A stretch of DNA of 20,000 nucleotides from an uncultured virus (IMG/VR IMGVR_UViG_3300020436_000010) (taxonomy: Duplodnaviria > Heunggongvirae > Uroviricota > Caudoviricetes): the IMG/VR virus record IMGVR_UViG_3300020436_000010; one strand, written 5' to 3'. Below the pieces are notes generated by a model, which saw only the letters and a program-made list of their open reading frames with translations, ran no database searches and was not told where the DNA came from. Of the stretch, positions 1 through 7,903 are shown piece by piece. The translations under genes were made by a program, and so were the position numbers. Within the stretch, counting starts at the first letter, position 1, and every line of letters starts with the position of its first letter.

Positions 1-3000
1 AACATCAAAGTTTTTTTCTTTTAAGTATTTAACTATCTCATTCCAACCTCCTTCGTAATTCCAATATTTTGCTTGTGCAGTAGATTGCATCCCAATACAA
101 ACGTATGGATTTTGCAATTCTGCTTCAAGTTCATTTACACTTATTTTAGCACGTTCTTCCCTATAGTCAAGACCTAGAATAGAAGATGAGACTTTTTGTA
201 AAGGAACTTTCATAGTATCGACAGGACATGCATCAGGATCTGCCTTTAACCAACCAACCCAATAATGATAATCAAAAGGTTTTTCGGCTAATGTTTTATT
301 ATGATCATCTAAAAATGTAATATTAGGATATTGTTCTCTAAATAAATGATTGAAGAATGTAAAACAATAGACCTTGCAATTATGCTTTTGTTGAAATTGA
401 TTCACTGAACCAATCCATGCTAGATTATCACCTAAAGCACCTGAATCAAAATAAACATATACTGATTCTTTTGATAAATCCATTAGATGCTCAAATACAA
501 TTGTGCCAGTCTTTTTTTCTGCAACCTCTATTTTCCAATTTACAAAATATTTTATGTTTGAACCTGCCCAACAATTATTAGTAATTGTATTTCTATAGAT
601 TACACTACCAGTATCTTGATTGTAAAATGTTATATCATATTCTTTATTGTTCGGCCCCAATATTTCAATAATTGGATTAGGTTCAAATTTTAAATTTATT
701 TCATTTGTTTCAATAACAGGTTCTTTTATTTTAAAATCAGTCTCAGAATATGCATATACCAGACGATCTTTCATAGTATTTTGCCAATTATTTTTAAGAT
801 CTCTGGCCTCATAATAATATTGCTCTAATGTTTTAAAGATGTTTATCCAATCTCTTTCAACCGCAAATGCTCTTGCTTTTTTAGAATAATCATCATAATC
901 GTTAATGATATTTCTTATACCATCGACAATCGTATCAACTTCTCTTGTACATTGTACCATACCAGAAATCTCTACCTCATCTTGCATAGTACCTACGCAC
1001 GGCAAACCACATGCCATCGCTTCCAAAACTGCTAGACAAGGTTGTCCAGTTTCTATCGTTGATGGATGAATAATTATACTATGTTCGTTGAGAACTGACC
1101 TCAATTCATGCTTATCAATGTTTCCTGTTTGATGTATTTCAATATTATTTTTTGCATTATTTAAAACGGCATTAAAAATTTTATTATAATTGTCATGAAT
1201 GCTATCAGGTCCTACAATCGTAATTGGCAAACCCAATTTATCTGCCGCCTGAATTGCTAAATGAAAGCCTTTTCTGTCATCACCTCCACCTACGCATACT
1301 AATCTTGTTTCTTTCTTCTGATTTGTTGGAAAGAAAAAATTTGAATCAACACCATGATCTAATTTTCGCAATTTTTCACCGTGTTCGTAATAAGGAATTA
1401 GATGATTACAAGGAATCATAGAAAATAATGAATTTTTTATTGACTCATCATTTACCTTATAATACCATGAGTCTTTTCCATTGATCCACGGATGAACATC
1501 ATGAGTTGTAAAAATATACGGTATTCTTCTATCTCTTACAATATCGTTAAAACCACCAGTATGAACGTGAAATATGTCATATTCTTCGATGTCTGCTTGA
1601 GTTATATCATCTAACCACTTTAAAGAAACATTATGACCATAATACTCAGCCATTCTTATGTAATGATATATAACTTCTTCTAGCCCACCGTATTTTTTTG
1701 GTGGTATGTCAAGACCACATCCTACATGAACTTGCATTATTTTTAGATTATCAGAAGTTGTTTTTACTCTTTCTACATGTGTTTTTTCAAAAGGTTGTTG
1801 TTCTACTTCTATTTTTGGCTCATGAAATTTTTTGAGAGATACAATATGATATCGATTCTGTTGTTCAAAAAAATTAAAAAAATATCCCATCTGCACAACT
1901 TTATCTTGAATTGATGCAATATTATCTTCGTTTGTTCTTAAATTAAAATGAAGATTTTTATTTTCTGAAAACAAAATCAATTCATAATTTTGCGATCCGC
2001 TACGTTGTATTCGTTCTAAGAGTTTTTCAATTTCAAGAGATGTTGTGTCTAATTGAATTTTTACAAAATAATATTCTATAACTTGATCAAACTTGTCGAA
2101 ATTAATATCATGATCAAAAAATAATCTATAAATTTTATCTTGTTGTTCTACAGTATATTGAAAGTTGATGAAAGATACGTTTTGAGGTGTTGTGGCCCAA
2201 TTAAGTGATGTATTATAAGTTGATTCTGCTAACTCATAAACATCATCAAAGTATTTTAAATTTCTTGGTTGTTCAAGAACAAAGTGTGTTCTACGTTCTT
2301 TCGCATCAATTGCTAATTGTGCTTCACCTCTTTGATTCCATCGTGTAAAATTTTCAGATGCACCATGCTCTCTTGCTAGATATAGTGTTCTCGGAATACT
2401 CAACCATTTGCCTCGTTCTTCAAGCATCAATAACCACTGTCCATCATTTGAAGAACACGCATCACCGTCTTGATGCTCTGGAAAATCTAATCCAGGTAAA
2501 TTTCTAAAGATCCTTAAATAACCAAATATGCCACTTCTACAATGCCATAGTTTTTGAAATCCTTCTAGAAATGAATCATTGTCGTTTGAAATATAAACAT
2601 TGTCTTTGTAATTTTCAAAAGTTTTTTCTGGACCTTCTGGTAATATTTCTGAATATTTGTTAGCATTAAAATGCATCAAGACAACTTCAGGAAACATTTG
2701 AAAATAATAATTTATTTTTTCAAAACAGTTTGGTAGCAATTTATCATCAGCATCTAAATGACAAACAATATCTCCGCTTGCAAACTTTTGTGGATTCCAC
2801 CACATTTGTTTTTTGTGATTTGGATAAGCAACTTTAATTCTTGGATCTTTACTTTGAAGATCTAAAAGTTTTTGAAGTGTATTGTCATCTGAAAAATCAT
2901 CACCAACAACCCATTCCCAATTGTCATAATTTTGATTGATAACACTATCTGCCAACTCATCAATAAATCTTTCTGCATTGAAGCACGATGTTACAAGAGA

Positions 3001-3831
3001 AAGTTTGAGACCTTTGCTCTTAGGCTCGTATTTAGAACGTACAATATTATACTTTTTTTCGACAACAATTTGATTTTTAACTTCGTCAAATTCCCATGCT
3101 ACAGGCTCAACCCACTGTCCTGCAGTAGATGCTGATCTCTCATAAAACCAATCATAATTATAACTGTATATTTTAGGAAATTTTTCATCACTAAATTTGT
3201 CACGCAATCTTTCAGTGCCAGCATATTCATTATCTCTAAAACCTTCATTCTCAATTGACAAATCTAACAATAATTCTCTATTCCAAATCGTAGGCTGATG
3301 AGAAATCAACCAATCGTTATCTCTTTTCCACTGAAGAAGTTTTCGATCATGAATAATTAAATCAGTTTCATGTTTAGGAATAACATCTTCACCACGTTTT
3401 ACTCTATGCAATTTCATTGCACCAACATCATACGCATAACAAAATTTTGCAAGATCTGCAAATACCTCTTTATCAACCTTAAATTTAGGCCATTGATCTT
3501 CTTGTAGATAAAGAATATATTTTGTATCTACACTTTTGAGCATATGAATTAATCTATTACTCCAACCCTCATCTATCTGTTTAGGTCCGCCATACGTAGG
3601 CAACCAGTCACGTTTTTCTGTACCCCAATATTTTTTGCTCTTACCTGTTTTAATTTGTTTAATTCTATCGTCTTTGTAAGGAAAATCTACTTCTTCATTG
3701 CAGAAATATATTTGCCAGTCAAGATCCCATGCCCAAAAACGATTGAACATAACATACCATCCTTCCCAAAAATGAGAATATGAATCGCATGTTTGTACTA
3801 ATACACTTACTTTATCTTTATGGTATGTCAT
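1..3831 (-). CDS. Giant multi-domain glycosyltransferase (>1277 aa, 3' end beyond window): GT-A domain + GT2 + unknown linker + GT4 + Aah/TibC-like autotransporter O-heptosyltransferase domain
   Basis: Segments translated by hand all share one frame from ATG 3831 (MTYHKDKVSVLVQTCDSYSHFW). Motifs: ILYLQEDQW; GT2 KLSLVTSCFNAERFIDELADSV..WVVGDDFSDD and HLDADD; GT4 KIMQVHVGCGLDIPPKKYGGLEEVI and HPSTIETGQPCLAVLEAMACG; TibC-like KYFVNWKIEV, FDSGALGDNLAW and YVCIGMQSTAQAKYWNYEGGWNEIV. The ORF track lists no minus-strand ORF here, consistent with no stop inside the window. Confidence 0.88.
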   Translation of the reverse strand, partial: MTYHKDKVSVLVQTCDSYSHFWEGWYVMFNRFWAWDLDWQIYFCNEEVDFPYKDDRIKQIKTGKSKKYWGTEKRDWLPTYGGPKQIDEGWSNRLIHMLKSVDTKYILYLQEDQWPKFKVDKEVFADLAKFCYAYDVGAMKLHRVKRGEDVIPKHETDLIIHDRKLLQWKRDNDWLISHQPTIWNRELLLDLSIENEGFRDNEYAGTERLRDKFSDEKFPKIYSYNYDWFYERSASTAGQWVEPVAWEFDEVKNQIVVEKKYNIVRSKYEPKSKGLKLSLVTSCFNAERFIDELADSVINQNYDNWEWVVGDDFSDDNTLQKLLDLQSKDPRIKVAYPNHKKQMWWNPQKFASGDIVCHLDADDKLLPNCFEKINYYFQMFPEVVLMHFNANKYSEILPEGPEKTFENYKDNVYISNDNDSFLEGFQKLWHCRSGIFGYLRIFRNLPGLDFPEHQDGDACSSNDGQWLLMLEERGKWLSIPRTLYLAREHGASENFTRWNQRGEAQLAIDAKERRTHFVLEQPRNLKYFDDVYELAESTYNTSLNWATTPQNVSFINFQYTVEQQDKIYRLFFDHDINFDKFDQVIEYYFVKIQLDTTSLEIEKLLERIQRSGSQNYELILFSENKNLHFNLRTNEDNIASIQDKVVQMGYFFNFFEQQNRYHIVSLKKFHEPKIEVEQQPFEKTHVERVKTTSDNLKIMQVHVGCGLDIPPKKYGGLEEVIYHYIRMAEYYGHNVSLKWLDDITQADIEEYDIFHVHTGGFNDIVRDRRIPYIFTTHDVHPWINGKDSWYYKVNDESIKNSLFSMIPCNHLIPYYEHGEKLRKLDHGVDSNFFFPTNQKKETRLVCVGGGDDRKGFHLAIQAADKLGLPITIVGPDSIHDNYNKIFNAVLNNAKNNIEIHQTGNIDKHELRSVLNEHSIIIHPSTIETGQPCLAVLEAMACGLPCVGTMQDEVEISGMVQCTREVDTIVDGIRNIINDYDDYSKKARAFAVERDWINIFKTLEQYYYEARDLKNNWQNTMKDRLVYAYSETDFKIKEPVIETNEINLKFEPNPIIEILGPNNKEYDITFYNQDTGSVIYRNTITNNCWAGSNIKYFVNWKIEVAEKKTGTIVFEHLMDLSKESVYVYFDSGALGDNLAWIGSVNQFQQKHNCKVYCFTFFNHLFREQYPNITFLDDHNKTLAEKPFDYHYWVGWLKADPDACPVDTMKVPLQKVSSSILGLDYREERAKISVNELEAELQNPYVCIGMQSTAQAKYWNYEGGWNEIVKYLKEKNFDV

Positions 3832-4864
3832 GCCAAGAATTACATCCTATAATAAATTGTTTTGTATCGGGGTTTGAAAAATCATATTCTTTAAAGAATT
3901 CATCGTTTATCAAAATTCTAAAGTGTTTTAACATATCTTCAGCAAAAAAATCAGTTCGATAGGCCCAATCTGCTAGTGGAAAATCACTGTAATAATTGCC
4001 ATTAATCTCTAAAGTAACTTTTATTATTCCCTTTGGACTCATAGCAAAAAATTTGTAACCTTTCAACTCTTCCATATATGCCAAACAAATCCATGGCATA
4101 TCATGATCTGTGTAAATTTTTTGTTTTTCAAATCCTATTCTTTTCGTTGTTTCTTCTAAATTTTTGATTGTGATATCTGATTCATTATTTCCTTCTCTGT
4201 CATTAACAAATGATATACCCATTACATAACCTAATAATTCTTCACCAATTTGCATACCTTCATTTTTCATTTTTTCAATAAGTTGATCATCATTAAACAT
4301 TGACAGTCTTCTGTGTAAATAATCAACTTTGCACGACATGATCAAAGTCATAATTTGCCAATGTCTAAATTTAAACCCTCCTTTTTGATTACCGTCAGGT
4401 ATGCACATGTTTTGTTTTTCACGTTCATACAAAACTGCTTGCTGACCATTGTTTATTATCAAACTATTTTCAACCAATTCGTCATCTGTAGGTAAGAAAC
4501 CATCATAATCAAAAAGATGAATGATGTTCTTATTTAACAATTTTGCATATGAGACACCTGCAAGTAACAACCTATAAACTGCTAGTATCGTGCTATTTTT
4601 AAAAAACTCTCTGCTTGAAATATTGAATCTTGGTGTATAGTGTGTGATGTAGCCTTTGAGACCTATATCATTTATTAGTGTATTGTCTTTATCATAAATT
4701 GCATAATCACATAATTGTTGTGTATCTTTATCTAAAGGTAAATGGCTTGCGACAATAACATCATAACCAAAATCTTTAAACTGTTTGATGAATTTATGAC
4801 AAATTTCTTTTCTTTCATTAGTAGAAAGATATGCATGAAGTAAAACAATTTCATCAGATTTCAT
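3818..4864 (-). CDS. Hypothetical protein, probable GT-A-fold glycosyltransferase-like
   Basis: 348-aa ORF overlapping both neighbours; N-terminal beta-alpha unit (IVLLHAY...DVIVASH) and a DxD-like HLFDYDG motif. Confidence 0.55.
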   Translation of the reverse strand: MKSDEIVLLHAYLSTNERKEICHKFIKQFKDFGYDVIVASHLPLDKDTQQLCDYAIYDKDNTLINDIGLKGYITHYTPRFNISSREFFKNSTILAVYRLLLAGVSYAKLLNKNIIHLFDYDGFLPTDDELVENSLIINNGQQAVLYEREKQNMCIPDGNQKGGFKFRHWQIMTLIMSCKVDYLHRRLSMFNDDQLIEKMKNEGMQIGEELLGYVMGISFVNDREGNNESDITIKNLEETTKRIGFEKQKIYTDHDMPWICLAYMEELKGYKFFAMSPKGIIKVTLEINGNYYSDFPLADWAYRTDFFAEDMLKHFRILINDEFFKEYDFSNPDTKQFIIGCNSWHDIP

Positions 4865-7562
4865 ATGTTATATCACCCTCTTTTAATAACGTAGTGCCAT
4901 CCTTGTGTGTTTTATCCAGATATGAATCTCCAGAGCATTGTATTGAAATAGGCTCTTTAGTTATTGCACATTTTTTATCAGGAAATACGAATGTGTTAAG
5001 CCAAAGATCATATGTGTCCCAACCAGTATTCTCAAACTTTTCAATGAAATACGACTTTTTAGTTGTCGGTACGAGATAACAATGTGCTTCAGACATTCTA
5101 TCTGTTATGCCAAAGAATTCATGCTCTTCATAATGCCAATCAGGAATTCGTTTGCCAAATGACATGTAATTCAAATCATTATACATCAATTCATCGTAAC
5201 TGTCAATAATTATTTTAAATATTTCTTCAGGCGGTTTAATAAAAATTGCATCACATTCGCAAAAAAGCACGGCATCAAAATCATCAATCATATGATTTTC
5301 AAACACTTTTCTGTGTGCTACATAATTACCATAATGAGCACCTGTTAATTTGTAATCACCAGGTTCTAACTGCACTACATCTGGTCTTGCACAAGTATCA
5401 GCAGGGGGTAAATCGGTGTATCTTTCGTTCATCGATTGCTCATATACCCAACCAGAAACTTCAATTAATCGATGCATGTGTTTAATACTTTCGGTTTCTC
5501 TTGGGCCATTCGTATTGCATAACATATGTACGATTTTAATTTTAGGAAATCTTTTTGCCCATAATTGTCCAAGACCATTTTCATCAGGTTGAGAACTTTC
5601 AATATGTTTTCTTTCAACATCGAAACCAAGAGATATTAAACGTTTTTCAATATCTTTACTTCTTTTATAGTGGTGTTCTAACCCTTTGTCATTGTTAAAT
5701 TGATGCAACTCTGCACTTATTTTTCTCACTTTATATTTAAGAAAATCATCAGATATTGTAGGAAAAATATCCCATTCGGCACCTTCACAATCCAATTTAA
5801 TAGCATCTATTCTATCGATATTATTGTTCTTAATGAATTGATCAAAAGGAACTGTATTAACTTCTATAGTTTTTGTTTGTCCTAGTGACGTTGGATTTTC
5901 TTTTTGAGTATTATAACTTTCATAAAAAGAATTTGTGCTACTAGGACCGACCAATAAAAATTCTTTTCGTCCAATTTCTTTATCTAAGGCTAGATGATAT
6001 TTTTTAACATTATCAAATTCTTTTAAATTTTTACATAATATCTTGAAATTTTCGTGTGACGGCTCAACAATATGAACTGTCTTGGCACCTTGATTCAATG
6101 CATACAGACTAAAGAATCCATAATGCCCTCCAACATCAAGAACTGTATCATTTTTTGAAATATTCATTTTACTATAAACTTTTGAAAGAAATACTTCATT
6201 CATAGAGAACCATGAAGAAGGATCATCTTCCGTACCTATCACATCTATTTCCTTATTCTGTACAACTACCGAAGCAATGTCTCTATCAAAATTATATTGT
6301 TTTTCAAAAAGTAAATGATGATTGTTTATTCTATTATGATTGACATCTCTTAAACTCGAAAAGAAATTTTCATTCGCATCAAAAATTTTTAAAATAAGAC
6401 CATCAACAAATGATGGTAAGGCATTTGGCATAATAAACATATTTTGAGCCATCACCTTTGATCTCATAATACATAAGTTGTTTCTAGAATCATAAACACA
6501 AATCAGTTTGTTTTCTAATGCTGACCATGCTCTATCAGAAAAATTAATATTGATCTTAACAGGTTTTGACATATCTCCATCATATTCACACCAAGAATTT
6601 ACATCTCCATCCTTTAGATCTAGAACGTGTTTTATTTTTAGAAAATTCAAATTATTTTGATCTGATAGATAGATCGCTTTTCTATCATATTTGTCAAGAT
6701 AAGAATCAATTTTATGCATCAATATCGGTATATTCCAACTGTATGCTTCTTTTAAAACTAATGGATTCGTTTCTTTATCACCATCATGACCTCTAGAGGT
6801 GAATAAAAATAAATCCATACATGAATAAAAATTTTCTGTATCTTTTCTTTCACCCCAAATGATGCAGTTTTGAGGTTTTGAATTCATTAAAGGTTCCCAA
6901 TAACTTTGAAAATTTGGTGCTTGATTACCTACAAAATGAAACTGAATTTTTTCATTTTCTAATTGTCTCGCATATTCAAAAATCTCACCTTGATTTTTTC
7001 TTGCAGTAAAAAGACCTACATTCAAAACATGTTTAAATTCTGGATCAAGACCAAGTAATTTAAGACCTTCTTCACGAGGTTTTCTTTTAAAATTGTATTC
7101 AGGATATTCAATAACACATGAAGGAACATCAATTGATCTAAATTTTACAAGTTGATTATCACTACAGAACAAAAATTTGTCAGGAAAAAATCTTTTCTTT
7201 TTAGGATCAAAAGATGAATCATGCGATGTTTCAAAGATTTTATATTTGCGATTCGGATGATAAATCAATTGTGTTAATTCTTCTGAAATATCAAACAGTT
7301 CTGGCATTTCTTCAAAATGTATTATATCAGGTCTGATATTTTTGATGTGTGTCATAAGTTCATACTTATCTTCTTGTAATGTAATGAGAGGATTTTTAAG
7401 TATGTCTATTATTTGATCTTTTTGTATTCTGAATATACCAAAATCTTGAAACTCAATGACATGAACATCATATTCATCTATTATTAGTTCTAGTTTTTTA
7501 AGTAAATATTGGGGAGCCCCACCTGTAGATAGGTGAGGTGTCACATAAAGAAGTTTTTGCAT
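4854..7562 (-). CDS. Fusion protein: GT4 glycosyltransferase + FkbM-family methyltransferase + C-terminal GT-A-like domain
   Basis: GT4 motifs TPHLSTGGAPQY, VGLFTARKNQ and ETNPLVLKEA; FkbM motifs VLDVGGHYGFFS, VEP and IKLDCEGAEW; C-terminal AHYGNYVAH...VLFCECDA. Confidence 0.88.
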   Translation of the reverse strand: MQKLLYVTPHLSTGGAPQYLLKKLELIIDEYDVHVIEFQDFGIFRIQKDQIIDILKNPLITLQEDKYELMTHIKNIRPDIIHFEEMPELFDISEELTQLIYHPNRKYKIFETSHDSSFDPKKKRFFPDKFLFCSDNQLVKFRSIDVPSCVIEYPEYNFKRKPREEGLKLLGLDPEFKHVLNVGLFTARKNQGEIFEYARQLENEKIQFHFVGNQAPNFQSYWEPLMNSKPQNCIIWGERKDTENFYSCMDLFLFTSRGHDGDKETNPLVLKEAYSWNIPILMHKIDSYLDKYDRKAIYLSDQNNLNFLKIKHVLDLKDGDVNSWCEYDGDMSKPVKININFSDRAWSALENKLICVYDSRNNLCIMRSKVMAQNMFIMPNALPSFVDGLILKIFDANENFFSSLRDVNHNRINNHHLLFEKQYNFDRDIASVVVQNKEIDVIGTEDDPSSWFSMNEVFLSKVYSKMNISKNDTVLDVGGHYGFFSLYALNQGAKTVHIVEPSHENFKILCKNLKEFDNVKKYHLALDKEIGRKEFLLVGPSSTNSFYESYNTQKENPTSLGQTKTIEVNTVPFDQFIKNNNIDRIDAIKLDCEGAEWDIFPTISDDFLKYKVRKISAELHQFNNDKGLEHHYKRSKDIEKRLISLGFDVERKHIESSQPDENGLGQLWAKRFPKIKIVHMLCNTNGPRETESIKHMHRLIEVSGWVYEQSMNERYTDLPPADTCARPDVVQLEPGDYKLTGAHYGNYVAHRKVFENHMIDDFDAVLFCECDAIFIKPPEEIFKIIIDSYDELMYNDLNYMSFGKRIPDWHYEEHEFFGITDRMSEAHCYLVPTTKKSYFIEKFENTGWDTYDLWLNTFVFPDKKCAITKEPISIQCSGDSYLDKTHKDGTTLLKEGDITYEI

Positions 7563-7628
7563 AATTTTATATGTTTTGTGTTATTGGTTGTTTCTGTTCC
7601 CAGGCACAACCAGAAAAGCCCGTAGCAA

Positions 7629-7676
7629 TTAAGCGGCTAAAGCCACTTGTGCTGAGGTATAATCGTTGTTGTTTGC
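7629..7676 (-). other. tmRNA tag reading frame ANNNDYTSAQVALAA*
   Basis: GCA AAC AAC AAC GAT TAT ACC TCA GCA CAA GTG GCT TTA GCC GCT TAA; GCA resume codon after ATAATC, AN- start and -LAA end typical of ssrA tags. Confidence 0.93.
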
Positions 7677-7680
7677 GATT

Positions 7681-7709
7681 ATTATAACAGACATTTTTAC
7701 ATCTGTCAA
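7681..7709 (-). promoter_or_regulatory. Perfect sigma70 consensus promoter (TTGACA-17-TATAAT, extended -10 TG) inside the tmRNA coding piece
   Basis: Minus strand TTGACA GATGTAAAAATGTCTGT TATAAT, pointing toward the ATG at 7562. Confidence 0.7.
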
Positions 7710-7765
7710 GATGTGTCTCCTCTGCTCATTCACATACAGTCGAATTCCTAAACACCCCCTTATTC

Positions 7766-7793
7766 TTGACTTTTCTTTAAAATATGCTATCAT
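7766..7793 (+). promoter_or_regulatory. Possible sigma70-type promoter (TTGACT-16-TATCAT, TGn extended -10) in the tmRNA intervening sequence
   Basis: TTGACT at 7766-7771 and TG-C-TATCAT at 7785-7793. The AT-rich context makes a chance match possible. Confidence 0.4.
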
Positions 7794-7802
7794 AATATCA
7801 TT

Positions 7803-7810
7803 TATAAATA
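7803..7810 (+). promoter_or_regulatory. T4-type late promoter TATAAATA upstream of the structural-like genes
   Basis: Exact TATAAATA ~95 bp upstream of ATG 7904. Confidence 0.6.
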
Positions 7811-7876
7811 TTGGTGGAGGTGGTGGGAATTGAACCCACGTCCTGTCCTGCTATCTCTCAGAATCATTGACATAAA

Positions 7877-7884
7877 TATTTATA
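7877..7884 (-). promoter_or_regulatory. T4-type late promoter TATAAATA for the tmRNA precursor
   Basis: Plus-strand TATTTATA, i.e. minus-strand TATAAATA, immediately upstream of the acceptor piece. Confidence 0.6.
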
Positions 7885-7903
7885 TAACACTTTTGGACAC
7901 ATT

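Larger units (their letters stand above)
7580..7870 (-). ncRNA. ssrA: Circularly permuted (two-piece) tmRNA: acceptor piece ~7870-7812, intervening sequence 7811-7760, coding piece 7759-~7580
   Basis: The minus strand reads GGAC-GTGGG-TTCAATT-CCCAC-CACCTCC-A-CCA (T-arm, acceptor 3' strand, encoded CCA ending 7812) upstream of GGGGGTG-TTTAGGAATTCGAC (5' end at 7759). GGGGGTG/CACCTCC pairs fully with a G3.U70 alanine determinant. A pk1-like element (ACATCT-TGAC-AGATGT...TGTC) precedes the tag ORF. A terminal hairpin TGGTTGT..CTG-GGAA-CAG..ACAACCA follows it. Outer ends are approximate. Confidence 0.93.

Noticed and set aside
1224..6796. Short plus-strand ORFs (60-82 aa) in the track
   Set aside because: All are antisense shadows of long, motif-bearing minus-strand genes and have no recognisable features.
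7585..7612. Intrinsic terminator hairpin
   Set aside because: No U-tract follows on the minus strand. It is better explained as the terminal structure of the tmRNA coding piece.
7812..7843. Stand-alone tRNA, or an attP-type tRNA 3' fragment
   Set aside because: No D or anticodon arm upstream. The matching 5' acceptor strand and tag ORF lie downstream, so it is the tmRNA acceptor piece. No integrase is present in the window.
7867..7895. Plus-strand TTGACA as a -35 box for the 7904 gene
   Set aside because: No acceptable -10 hexamer at 16-18 nt spacing.
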